NCBI GenBank assembly: GCA_963693365.1
Contig: CAVNZM010000003.1
Coordinates: 14,548,422 to 14,612,421 of the forward strand
Reading direction: 5' to 3'
DNA length: 64,000 nucleotides
DNA from: Amoebidium appalachense
Lineage: Eukaryota > Protista > Ichthyosporea
The notes beneath the pieces were generated by a model. It saw nothing but the letters and a program-made list of their open reading frames with translations, was not told the DNA's origin and did no database searches. Of this stretch, positions 29,970 to 42,000 are shown one piece after another; positions within the stretch are counted from its first letter, which is position 1; every line of letters starts with the position of its first letter. Position numbers and translations under genes: made by a program.

Positions 29970-32416
29970 GCTGACCGGCGGAGAGAAAGATAGGGAGAAT
30001 GAAAAAGGAATATATAGCTGTAAGGCTGTGAGTGCTAAACACAGAAGATGTGTTTGTAGCTTGCTGATCTGCTAAACACTGTCGTGCTTATATACCTAAG
30101 CCTACCAATTTGAGCCAATCAAAATCGATCTAGTGATATGTGAAATCTGATCCGAGCCAATCGAAACTCGGTCTAGTGATATGTGGAATCTGATGTTTTG
30201 ATTGGCTAATAGGTGCTCGTGTGCGGGCAGCCAACCGCGAACTGCTAAAACACGAAATGAAGCCTACATGGTTATGTTGATACCGAACACCCATCCTACG
30301 TGTTTACCCAGAAAAAATATTTATGTCAATAAATTCCACAAATAAAACCAAAACGAAAAACGAAAGCAAAATGAAATGGAAACACGAAAATGAAAGGAAC
30401 GAATGCACAACACTGCTTAGGTTGCAATGCACACGGCCCCCGCTATGTTACGAAGACAAGGAAACTGTTGCTCTTGCGTGCATTGCGCTATTGCACACTG
30501 TCATCGTGTCCATGCCACTGCGTGCACGTCCACACTCGCAACTCAGATGCACGGCCACTTTCAGCACAAATGCACTTAAAGAAGAAGATAGTCGCTGTTG
30601 CTATAGCATGTAGGACCTAAGATCTTATGAAAGTAGTGTTGCATGCATGCTTCGAATCCCTTGCTGTTGTCGAATACAGCATGCCCCATAGTTTAGCGCA
30701 CAGGATGCACAACATGCGCATGAATGTATGCTGGCATGCCTAAACACATTACGAACATATGCCTCATGTATGGCCCTTCCTGGTGCCATGCCCAAACGAA
30801 TTTGCACTCTTGGTGCACAGAAGGCATGTTGTTAATAAAGTCGATGCAGAACTTTTGTTCGTGCATGTGAAAGACAAACGAAGGTGTGGGGTACGAATTT
30901 AATGGTACTTGCCAGTCTGTGGCAATACTGTAACATACGAATTACACTGTCAAGCCTTGCACTAGCTGCCGGCACACCCCCACCAGAACAAAAGAATGTG
31001 GTATGGGCACCGTTCCCTCACAACCCCAGCATACAGTGTCAGTATTTTGGCTGGAAGCCTTTCAGTTTCGAATTACGAATACCCTCCTTCACTACTGAAG
31101 AAAGTGACGTGGAAGACGAATACGAATACGAATGCAAGGTGTTGTTGACTAACACATCGGACCATCATGTGTACCTAGGCCCTGGTACGGAGATGACCAT
31201 GTTATTCCCTTGCAATATGATGACACTGTAACAATTTAGCACGTGCATACCCCACCAATGGGCACATGCGGGAGACAACCCCACAAGCTGCCTTATTGGG
31301 CACCTCTGCTAAACGAATATTCTTCTCACGAAGGAACAGAGGAATGCCACGAACACGAACCACACACTCCCCAGGCAGCTACTTACGTCTGATGTATGAA
31401 AGTAGTAGGTGTGTGAATGGGGTAACTTCATGAACACCAACACGAAAGAAAGCACAGCACAAAGCAGTTCCACGAATACGAATGGTTTTAGTATTCCACA
31501 CAACGAACAGAACCTACAGTAGGGCCACCTACAAATGAAGCAGAGGATGGGGCACCATCCAGACCTGCACTGGAGGATATGAAAACACGAAGCGCGCTCA
31601 CGAAGTTGCTTACAAAAGAAAGGGCGACTGCGACGACTTTTCTTTTTAGGCCAAGCCTCCAGAAGAATGTATTATGCCTGGAATCCCCCTGCTCAACGAA
31701 AATCGCTGGCTCATGGGATACGAAAACTGCTCACGAATGGAAGCATGTGTTTTCTGATCACGAATAAGGCTTGCTTTGCCTACCCTCGTCTTATGAATTA
31801 TGAACCGGGTTTTTACTGGTTCTGACGGGCTGATATATTTTTGTATGTCGCCCAACGAAGAACACTTAGGGCATTTTTATTCATGTTTTTCCCAGCTCCG
31901 ATGATGCAGGGTTAAAGCTGAAAGGAAAGAAGTGCTCTTTGTTCATGAAAGAAGTGGCTTTTCTGGCCATGGTGACTCGCCTTAATGATCTTAAGGTAGA
32001 ACCGGGATAAGGGGCAGCGCTAAGAAGCTATCCGCCACTACCTGAGCTGCGAAGTGACCTAAGGCTTGAGTTATATTCATTATCGAATGCTTGGTATGAT
32101 CATTCATCCACACAACCAAATTACTCGCAATTGAAAACGAATCTGGGGGAGTATCCTAAAAAGGAAAAATTCCCAAAAAGGAAAATATTACTTCTACAGA
32201 AAAAGCCAGGCACAGAGACGAAGCGAACAATTCGCACGAACACTCTGCAACAATCTTCGCCACGAAAATGAAAGCACAGAAGAATGCTGCATGAATTTAC
32301 GTTTTGGCAAACGAAGAAGTGCTCATAGACGTGCACAACTCTATTCAACCGTCCTTGCTCTGTTCTGCCCAGCAGCTCGGCGCACAAGAAATCTCGCTGA
32401 TGGTTGTTTATTGCCT

Positions 32417-33006
32417 GGGGGGCGGGTTGGTGCAATGGTAAGATCTCTGCGTGTCAAGCTCAAAGTCGCAGGATCGATCCTGGTTACTTCCGATTTTTCT
32501 GCCTCGACGGTCCACCGGGCTGGCCGCCCCCTAGAAGCCATCACCCCAGACCACGTCAAGCAGCACCACCAATTTGTTATCATCCGGCCGCAAGACATGA
32601 CGTCATGAACAGCACCGGCCCTCTGACGTCGACGGCGCGCCGCTTGGGCATCCCAGCCCAACGTTCAAGTGGGAGACCAATCCGAGTCACCGGCCACGGT
32701 TCGGGTCAGCGTCCTGGGCATGGGGTCTTCCCCTTTCAAGTCTTTATGTTTGTGTATGTGTCCCGGGTCACTCCTGGCTGGTGTTGTTAAAGTGAGCTGT
32801 GCTCACTTCCCCACTAGCGTTGCTGCGGCTAGAACCGTGGGATAAGGCGTAACTAATAATAGTGCCAGTTGGGGTCAATTAGAATCCTGACTTATGAGTG
32901 TGCTATACAGTACGATCTGTGTCTAGGCGGAAGACGGTAAGCTCCCCTGAGGCAGTGCCTCGCCGGGAGTGAAACGGGATAAATAAAAATAAATAAAAAT
33001 AAAAAA
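32417..33006 (+). mobile_element. tRNA-derived SINE (tRNA-Asp-like head)
   Basis: Perfect 14-bp TSD GTTGTTTATTGCCT (32403-32416, 33007-33020); head with A-box-like TGGTGCAATGG, anticodon-like TGTCA and B-box-like GGATCGATCC; (AAAT/AAAAAT)n tail. Confidence 0.85.
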
Positions 33007-34099
33007 GTTGTTTATTGCCTCTCAGCCTGGTGGTTTGCTTGTCTAACGACACCACCAGGCTCCCGACAAGGGGGGAGTGTAAACAACTGTACACATGAAC
33101 TGTACATGTTTACTAAAGAATGTGATCTACTAGCACACGATTCGTGCTTTGTCATGAATATCACATAAATATTACTAAGTATGTCCGCACCAATAGGACT
33201 CACTCTGACCTAAGAATTGAACCATATATGATTCTATTGCTGCATACCACATAAACGAAGTGGACCAATAAGGGGTTTGCATAAATAGGACGAAGGTCTG
33301 ACTGGCTCGGACCGCACCAGAATCACGAATGGCATGTTGCCACCCGCGCTGGCCGCGGATGAACCAATCCTGGGCCTTGATCCGAAACCTGGGGGCTATA
33401 TAACAAAGCCGTCCCAGTACGGGGATCACATCAGTGAAGTCTGAGACAGACTGAGTCGGCCCATGGTAAAAGCAACCTGGCCGCGTGTGCCTTTCTACCC
33501 GTTCTCTGTCTTTATTTTGATTCAGTTGTACTCTGCCTTATCCTAACTAGTCCAACTGTTTACAGATATCTGGGCATATGGATGCAATTTTTATATTTCT
33601 TTTGACTGGATTTATTCGACGGAAAGATATGCAAGTATGCACGGCATACTGAGAAGACAATAAAAATTTCACGAGTTATCCAGTAACAAGTGCATACTGA
33701 GATACCTGAACACTGTGTGAAAATCATATAAATACTCAATGTGACGACCAGCAGAATTCAACAAAAAGTCTAAAGTGTTCACATTTCCAGCCAGTGTAGC
33801 AGACACCCGTAGGGAAAGAGGTAAAACGCGACATAAAAACTCACACCTATCAACATGCTTTTGATTAAAAAGTTCAGCACAAAAGCGGCACCAGCGGCGA
33901 TGAAAAAAAGAATTACAACGCCACTGCACAACTCCCCAGGCAATATCAACATCAGAGCACCATACAGACTTATCTACTAGGGTGGTATCCATACGTACAG
34001 CAGGAGCAATGTATCTCAGGCTGCCAAAGCTCCCAAAAAGCGATAATATTGATCAGTACGGTGTTGCCTAAGGAACATAACACATGCCGACTGAGTTCT

Positions 34100-34813
34100 T
34101 GTTGTTTTGTGTGGGTAAACGGGGAAGCAGAGTGCACAGATGGGTGTTATGTTATACACAACACAGAGACACACGGGAGAAACACAACCGGAGAGGTGGA
34201 ACGATTACTGGGGCCATAGGAAATGATTCGACTGCTTGATATTTATTTCAAGATGAAGTCCCTTTTATACTTGGGAATGTGAAATCGATAAACCAATCAG
34301 AAAGACGAAAACTATGAGTGTAAAATATATCGATCGAAATGTCTGTCGACACATAGAAGATAAATGCAATCCTCTAATGAAAGTAACTTCTAATAAAAAC
34401 ACGGAAACATTTAACAAAATGAAACCACTTATGTAACTATTAGTTCACATCATACATTTATACATGTTCTTAACATAACACGTTTAAATATAAGTATTCC
34501 TAATGGTCGGAGAACATAGAGCAATGCTACGTCGTGAGAAAAGAAGGGAAAGGAATGGGAAAGGAATGTAAGTTACTATATTTGGGAAAATACAATCGAG
34601 ATCTGATTGGACGACATATTTAGATATTGACACAAACGACAATACGTGTGCGCGAGCTAAATATCTCGATACGTACACAGATCTAAGATATCGGTGTACA
34701 CGGAAACAGAAAGGAAAGAAAGGAAAAGGGAAAAGGAAACAAACTACAGCAAACTAATAAACATATATAAAACTCAACTTCTAAGTCTTGCTATGAATCA
34801 TGGGAAGATGACA
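34100..34813 (-). mobile_element. Solo LTR of the copia family
   Basis: Diverged full copy of the 16320-17063 LTR with TG..CA ends; TSD GTTCT / GTTTT (1 mismatch). Confidence 0.93.
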
Positions 34814-35586
34814 GTTTTACCTTTGATTTCTCTATCAGAACGAGAAAGAAACTTATACTGCATATGGTAATAACTCGAAAAGGCAGAAAGAACAGGAAGA
34901 GAAAAAGAAAGAGAGAGTGAGATATGTAAACATCTGTACACGCCGTACATGTTTACTATTACGAATATACTGTACATATCATAGTGATCACGTAGATATT
35001 GTGTACATATGATCAGATCAATATCACACGCGACAGCCGCGGGCTGCGGCTCACGACTGAGCCGCGGCGCCGGCAATATGCAGTGGCCGTGCAGTCAGTA
35101 TGAACCAATAGAATTCGAGAACCGCTAGGATAGGAATGCAAGTCTCATCCACTACGGAGGCGACATCTATAGCTAAACGAACGGAACCAATAAGGAAATC
35201 AGACCCAGTTGCATAAACCTAAACGGGCTTAAGTATTGACCAATCATTTGCCACAAAGTTATCCTTTTAGTTAGCTTCATGTTATTGGTGCACTGTGTGC
35301 ACATAAAGACGACCGCACTCTTCTGACTGGTCAGAAGTCACGAAGGCATCAATGCCACCCATCCAGATGATCCGGAACCTGGGGGCTATATAAACAAGCC
35401 GTCCCAGTACGGGGGATCACTCTGAACGAGCACATTAAATAGTAACCTGGCCGCGTGTGCCTTACTACCCGTTCTCTGTCTTTATTCTGATTCAGTTGTT
35501 CTCTGCCTTATCCCAACTAGTTCAACTGTTTACATTGGCGACCGCGCAGTTCCAGAATCTCACATCTTTCAAGAATCTCTTCAACC

Positions 35587-37587
35587 ATGGCGGGCGAATT
35601 TGACGACTACCCTGTACTCTCGGACAATGAAAGCAAACTGACACGTGACACCAAGAAGCCTACCGCAGTCAAACCGCCGCCCCCAACGCAGAAGAAAGCC
35701 AAGACTCCGGGGCAGGGCACGAAAACACTCCCCACCCCTCCCCCTACACAGCCTCGTGCTCCCCAGAAACCGAACACGATCACAAAACCCAACACACACA
35801 CGAACACAAAGGCAACTACGAAGCCCACTGGCAACGAACAAACGAAGCCCAACGAAAGCACGAAACCCAAAGACAAAACGAAGCGCAACGAACACACGAA
35901 AACCAACGAACATACGAACACCAACGAACACACGAACACCAACAAACACACGAACGAACTTCAAGTAGCAACGAAGGAAAAAACGAAACAAGACCGGGAC
36001 ACTGCCACAGCTCTGGCAGAGGTGCGGGGCCGTGTTCTCTCCAAGTTCTATCGTATTGAAACTCTGAGACGTGCCATTCAAACTGCAATCGATGCTGGGC
36101 GGCCTGTGATGGACCTCGAAGCTGATGTCGCGCAGATTTACAGTGAGATTTCGCAGATGGAAGACACCACACTGTCTAGAATGTTGTGCACGTCCGCGAA
36201 ATGGTCTGAGTTGGAGCGGGAAGCACAGTTGGTGGCTGAGGCACGTGTGAAAAATACGACGGTGCCCACCACCCCCCGTCCTCCCCCACCCACCACAGGC
36301 AAGAAGCCTTTGTCCCCGGTCCCATCTGGGTGCACTGATCCCAAGGTAATTGCACCTCCCGCACCCCCCACTAAATTTACATATAAGGATGTGCTTGCGC
36401 GCACACTCAGCTACACTGATTCTGATGCTGAAAATGAAGAAAAACACGAACAAAGTTACGAAGACACACCCACAAACGAAAACGAACACATGACTGCGAA
36501 AGTGCATGAAGAAGATCACTTCGACCAGCCTAAAGCACCCGTATTTAACGAAATCCCCCTTGCAGGATCCCCTCTGGCGTCTGCAGGTGGACTGGCAGGC
36601 ACGCCAAGTCGCCCGAGAGGCTCTGATGTCAGCACAGGCTCAGGAGGTAAGGCTGGGTCTATATTGAACAAGCACTTTGCAGAGCACGAAAAACTGTGGT
36701 TGCACCCTCTCCGCCAGTTGCATGCATCCGAATACGGCCCCATCTTGGCTGCATTGAAACTACCAGAATACAAGGGTGACTTGCAGGATAAATGCACGGT
36801 GATTGAATGGCTGCACGAATTTTCCCAGCAGATGTTTTGCATTGCAGGGGTCCCCCCCACACTTGCTGTTCGCTGGGCGGTGCAGTGCTTTCCTCTTGCT
36901 TCCCCCGCCCGTGTGTGGTACACGAATTTTACCAGGACACAGGGAGAACTCACGTTTGATGCATTTGCACATGCACTAGTTACGAAATTTCACGACCAGC
37001 GTGTGCAAGAGGCACTCAGTGCCGAATTAAATGCACTCAAACAAGGCAAGCAAAAGGTGGCCGAATTTGCAAGCAGGCATGCGCGTTTGTGGGCACGTGT
37101 GTACCCCCTTAAGTCTGAGGCACACCAAATTTTGGATTTGTCTCACCGATTGGGTGGGGAAGACGAACAAGAATTTCGCAAATATCAACTCAGACAAACA
37201 CGAAAAGAAGAAGAATTGACCCTGTCTGGAGTTGTTGCCTATCTCGCAGAAAAAGAAAGAGACAGGCACACACGAACCCCATCCACCATTCTAACACAGA
37301 AACCCCCCACAAAACAGCAACCCGGTGGTGGATCTGGTGCCAGCGAGAAGCCGTCTATTTTTTCGCGCATGGGCACCACCCCCTGCAACCGTGGGTGCAA
37401 GTACGGCAGCCACGCCGAAGGCAAGACGTGCCCGGCCCTCAAATTCGAATGCCACTCCTGCAAGCAGAAGGGGCACTTTGGGGGGTCACCAATTTGCCCC
37501 AAGTACGACCCCAACTTTAAGAAGGGAACCCGCAAGGCAGAGATTGAGGCTAATCGGGCCAAGTTCAAGAGAGCACGTGTAGAATAG
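35587..37587 (+). CDS. Gag
   Basis: Retrotransposon capsid-like region (LPEYKG, ARVWY, LKQGKQKVAEF) and knuckle CPALKFECHSCKQKGHFGGSPIC; ends in TAG. Confidence 0.93.
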   Translation: MAGEFDDYPVLSDNESKLTRDTKKPTAVKPPPPTQKKAKTPGQGTKTLPTPPPTQPRAPQKPNTITKPNTHTNTKATTKPTGNEQTKPNESTKPKDKTKRNEHTKTNEHTNTNEHTNTNKHTNELQVATKEKTKQDRDTATALAEVRGRVLSKFYRIETLRRAIQTAIDAGRPVMDLEADVAQIYSEISQMEDTTLSRMLCTSAKWSELEREAQLVAEARVKNTTVPTTPRPPPPTTGKKPLSPVPSGCTDPKVIAPPAPPTKFTYKDVLARTLSYTDSDAENEEKHEQSYEDTPTNENEHMTAKVHEEDHFDQPKAPVFNEIPLAGSPLASAGGLAGTPSRPRGSDVSTGSGGKAGSILNKHFAEHEKLWLHPLRQLHASEYGPILAALKLPEYKGDLQDKCTVIEWLHEFSQQMFCIAGVPPTLAVRWAVQCFPLASPARVWYTNFTRTQGELTFDAFAHALVTKFHDQRVQEALSAELNALKQGKQKVAEFASRHARLWARVYPLKSEAHQILDLSHRLGGEDEQEFRKYQLRQTRKEEELTLSGVVAYLAEKERDRHTRTPSTILTQKPPTKQQPGGGSGASEKPSIFSRMGTTPCNRGCKYGSHAEGKTCPALKFECHSCKQKGHFGGSPICPKYDPNFKKGTRKAEIEANRAKFKRARVE

Positions 37588-39057
37588 GAAGGCGGGCAAG
37601 GGACTGGTCTCTCCCCAGTAGAACATAATGTATTTGATTTAATAGCAGAGCTGGAACTGTGTTCCCCTCTGGCAGATAAATTGCAAAATAAATCTACTGG
37701 TGCGGAAATTTCTGTTGTCTCGGAGCCCTCCCACGAATCTGCATGTGCCCCACCCCCCCACGAACAGTTACCCCCGTGTACTGACCCCCCCATGCACACG
37801 CACACCCCGCCCCCGCGCAAAAAGAAAAATGTGCATTTTGCTGACCGTGTGCACTCCTCCATTGCAGAACCACGGCATGAAAATGCCACTGTGTGCACAT
37901 TAACCCACGAAAATAAATGCACAGCCACACTTGCGCGAATGTATGTGCATGGGAAGCTAGTCACAGTAGTTGTCGACTCTGGTGCTAGCCATAGCTGTAT
38001 AAGCACAGCATTTTACGAATCTCTCCCTGTAGTGGCAAGAAAACGAATTCAGCATGTTCCTAATTTTAGTGTACTGGATGCACAAAGTAACGAAATGACA
38101 TGCCAAGGAAGTATATCTCTCACTTTCGCCATTCCCAACGAATCTGCTCTAGTGGTGCACAGATGGCATGTGATTGATAATCTACCATATGATGCCTTAT
38201 TAGGTGTTGATTTCATGGGGCCACAACAGGGACGAATTGATTACGGTGCTGCAGAACTTTCGTTCATGTATGCTAAGGGAAATCGCAGGTGCAGTATTCC
38301 GGTGTGGTGGTTGCGTGGGAGTGCGGAGGAGACAGCTGTTTCTCGCGTATTAATTACCACCACAGGTATTCACCTCCCGGTAGATGCGTCAAATATCGCA
38401 ACGTGTAAAATAAAACTCGCTGCCGGCGCACCACCACCACGAACTTTAGACTGTTGTATGGGCACAGTGGTTCCATGTGGTCCACTTAATTCACGGGCTT
38501 ACACAACAGCATGCAGTGTCACCAGTTTAGCTCGAATTTCGAATAACGAACCCCCCCTCTCCACTAGCGAAGAAAGTGTGATCGAGGACGAATACGAATG
38601 CAAGGTGTTGTTGACTAACACATCGGACCATCATGTGTACCTAGGCCCTGGTACGGAGGTGGCCATGTTTATTCCCTTGCAATCAGATGACACTGTTACT
38701 CTTTTAGCACGTCCACACTCCGGTAATGGAACCAGGAGGGCGACAACCCCACACCCTGGCCATCCATTAGGTACCTCTGCTAAAACGAACTTTTCTTCGC
38801 AGGAATCAACCGAAGAACCCACCGAACACGAACCACACACTTTCCAGGCGGCTACTAATATTAACGGTAGTATTAAGGTGTGTGAACGGAGTAAAATTAT
38901 GAATATGAGTACGAAAGAGAACACCACACAGCGCAGTTCCACGAAAATGAATGGTTTTGGTAATCCAGCACGAACAAAACCAGAGGTAGGGCCACCTACT
39001 ATCGAAGCAGCAGATGGGGCACCATCTACCACTGCACTGGAGGATACGAATAATTGA
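37588..39057 (+). CDS. Aspartic protease ORF, in frame directly after the gag TAG
   Basis: VVVDSGASHSCIS and ALLGVDF motifs; open from 37588 to TGA at 39055-39057. Confidence 0.9.
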   Translation, partial: EGGQGTGLSPVEHNVFDLIAELELCSPLADKLQNKSTGAEISVVSEPSHESACAPPPHEQLPPCTDPPMHTHTPPPRKKKNVHFADRVHSSIAEPRHENATVCTLTHENKCTATLARMYVHGKLVTVVVDSGASHSCISTAFYESLPVVARKRIQHVPNFSVLDAQSNEMTCQGSISLTFAIPNESALVVHRWHVIDNLPYDALLGVDFMGPQQGRIDYGAAELSFMYAKGNRRCSIPVWWLRGSAEETAVSRVLITTTGIHLPVDASNIATCKIKLAAGAPPPRTLDCCMGTVVPCGPLNSRAYTTACSVTSLARISNNEPPLSTSEESVIEDEYECKVLLTNTSDHHVYLGPGTEVAMFIPLQSDDTVTLLARPHSGNGTRRATTPHPGHPLGTSAKTNFSSQESTEEPTEHEPHTFQAATNINGSIKVCERSKIMNMSTKENTTQRSSTKMNGFGNPARTKPEVGPPTIEAADGAPSTTALEDTNN

Positions 39058-42000
39058 CGAAAGCGTACGCACGAATGTACCTCCGACGGGGAAGCCGCCA
39101 CAGACGACGACTTGCCTTTTGGGGTCAAACCTCCAGAAGAATACGACATGCCTGGAACTCCCCCAGACCAACGGAAACCGTTGGCGAAACGGATACGAAA
39201 ACTGCTTAAGAAATGGAAGCATGTGTTCTCTGCACACGACAACGACTTTGGTTTGAGTACCTTAGACGAACTGTCGATCGAAGTAACTACCACCATACCA
39301 CAGTACCGCAGGCCCTATAACATCCCACATCACCTTCGCGATAGCCTACACAAACAAATTCAAAATTGGGTAGAGTTTGGAGTGATTGAGCCTGCGTCCA
39401 GCCCTTACTCCGCTCCGATGGTGTTGGTGGCGAAAAAGGACGGGTCTTTAAGAGTCTGCATTGATTTTAGAATGCTGAACTTGATTACGAAGAAAGACGG
39501 TTACCCTTTACCACGAATTGACATGGCTCTGGGTATGCTCAGAGGTGCCCGCGTGTTTTCCGCACTTGATTTAAACGGTGGTTACCACCAAGTCAAAGTA
39601 GCCGATAACGACAAAGAAAAACTTGCATTTACCACCCCCTGGGGGCAGTATCAATTCGCACGCGCACCTTTTGGAGTAAGTAACATGCCTGCTGTCTTTT
39701 CAAGGATGATGAACCGTGTATTCGCTGGTATGCTGTGGACACATGTACTCATATATCTCGATGATATATTAGTTATGTCACCCACTATCGAAGAACATTT
39801 TGGGCATTTAGATTCATGTTTTTCCCGGCTCTGTGATGCAGGATTAAAACTGAAAGGCAGAAAATGCTCTTTGTTCATGGAAGAAGTTGGCTATTTAGGC
39901 CATCGCGTATGCCCGGATGGTATTAAGGTAGACCCAGAAAAAGTGGCAGCAATAAAGAATAAAAGCTACCCACAAAATTTATCTGAGCTACGAAGTGACC
40001 TCGGGTTATTTTCATATTATCGAATATTTGTGGACGATTTCAGCCATACGGCTGAACCACTCACGCGAATGCTGGGCACCTCGAAGGAGGATTCAGAATT
40101 ACTAAAACGAATTCACGCAAAAATGCCCCCCTCTACGAAACCCGCCAAACGCAACGGCAGCGCAAAACAACGAAAAGACGAAGCAAAAAATTTGCACGCC
40201 GATTCTGCAGCTATTTTGGCCACGAAAAAGAAAGCACAGAAAAATGCTGCATGGGTGTGGGGTACGGAACAGGAGAAAGCATACGATACCCTTAAGAATG
40301 CGTTAATTAATGCACCTGTGCTTGCTCACCCCGATTTCACCAAACCTTTTATTGTTGACTCAGATGCTTCACAGTATGCTCTGGGCGCAGTGATTTCGCA
40401 GGTAGGTGATGACGGCAAAGAACGACCCATAGCTTATGCTAGCAGAACACTCTCTAAGAGTGAACGAAATTATGCGGCGAATAAAAGGGAAGCCTTAGGT
40501 GTGTATTGGGCTGTGTGCAAAGCATTTCGCGCTTACACCTATGGGGCTCCTTTCTTGTTACGAACCGACCACTCCAGCTTGACGCGCATTCTGTCTACCG
40601 GCGATGCACCGGAACCTGTTGTTGCAGGCTGGCAAATGGCGCTTTCCGCATACACATACGAAATTCAGCACAGGGCGGGCAAACACCACAGCAATGCTGA
40701 TGGACTCTCTCGGCCATCTAAAGAAAATGCGCAACCAGGACCCGAAGATACTGAGCTGACATACCCCTCACTGATCGGCACAGTCTCGGGCTCGTCCACG
40801 GTGTTTGCGGTAACACGCTCCGCCGCAGCGACAGCGCAGGCACAAGCTGCCACCCACCCACCCCCAGCTGAACCCACGAAACCTAATACCACGCCGCCAG
40901 AATTTATTCCCCCAAAAGCGGATGGACGAATGCCCACCTATGAACAGTATGTGTCAGCACAGAAGGCTGATAAACACATTGCGAAAGTCAGGGCCTACCT
41001 GGAAAAAGCACCGGGCTACGAATTATTTGGCAACGAAATCGCGATGGAAGCTAGTCGCTGCACCATAGACAATGACCTTGTGTATGTGTGGGTCCTAGAA
41101 CAGCGTGGCCCCCGCAAACCCAGCAAGGAACCACGAATTTGGGTGCCGTCTACGCTTGTGCGCCTCGTTTTGGCCGCATGTCACGACGCCCCAACCGCAG
41201 GTCACCTCGACGCAGCACGCACCTTCCACCGTGTTACCCAGATAGCATGGTGGCCACGTGTATGGCAAGACTCGGTGCAGTGGGTAACCACATGCAAAGC
41301 CTGTCAATACCGGAAGACACCCCGAATGCAAAAGAAACTACGAATTCACGATGGTTTTATCCCCACCTATCCCTTTCAATACGTGTCTATGGACATTACT
41401 GAGATGCCTACGAAATCTGATCTCAGAGTTTCCCTGTTGGTGTTTCTCGACCTCTTCACTCGCTGGCCGGAAGTGATTTTATTTCACAAAACACCCACAG
41501 CCGAAGATGTGGCAAAGGCATTCGAAGACTCCATCTACTGCCGTCACGGTCGTCCGGAATTTTTAGTATCAGACAACGGCGCGAATTTGGCAGCTATGTT
41601 GGTCACAGATGTCTGTCGAGTGTTGGCTACAAAACGAATTTTTGCAAGTCCCTACAGCCCCCAGACCAATGGTGCCGTAGAGCGATTCAATCGCACACTT
41701 AAGAATATTCTTGCCACTCTCGTGCAGGATAAACACCACGAATGGATTGACTACTTACCGCAAGTACTGTTTTCCTACCGCACCGCCTACCACTCTTCCT
41801 TGGGGGACACGCAATTCTTCATGCTTTATGGCAGAGATCCGGTCGAGCCCCCCCGCCCCCCAATTGCGGCTTCATGTGGGATGGAGACGGAGGAATACCG
41901 TCGAGAACTACTGCAACGAGTGCAGTATGCCCGGCAAACAGTCACACGAATTATGTCTGAAGCTGCCCGTCGTAGTAAAATCACGGCTAACAAAAATGCT

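Larger units (their letters stand above)
24939..30349 (-). mobile_element. Full-length Ngaro-type (DIRS order) YR retrotransposon
   Basis: A1 (30000-30349)-gag-RT/RH-YR-B1 (25508-25596)-A2 (25158-25507)-spacer-B2 (24939-25027), the split-direct-repeat layout of Ngaro elements. No methyltransferase seen, no TSD. Confidence 0.95.
24001..33564 (+). mobile_element. Non-autonomous Ty3/gypsy LTR element related to the chromovirus at 34925-43162
   Basis: LTRs 24001-24480 and 33078-33564 (TGTAAACA..TGTTTACA, near-identical); TSD GATAT; PBS TGGCGACCGCGCAG; G-rich PPT ending at 33077. Interior is a stop-riddled pro/pol relic (e.g. YECKVLLTNTSDHHVYLGPGTE). Confidence 0.93.

Noticed and set aside
32417-32495. 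Functional tRNA-Asp gene
   Set aside because: Acceptor and anticodon stems pair poorly, and it heads a TSD-flanked element with an A-rich tail, so it is a SINE head.
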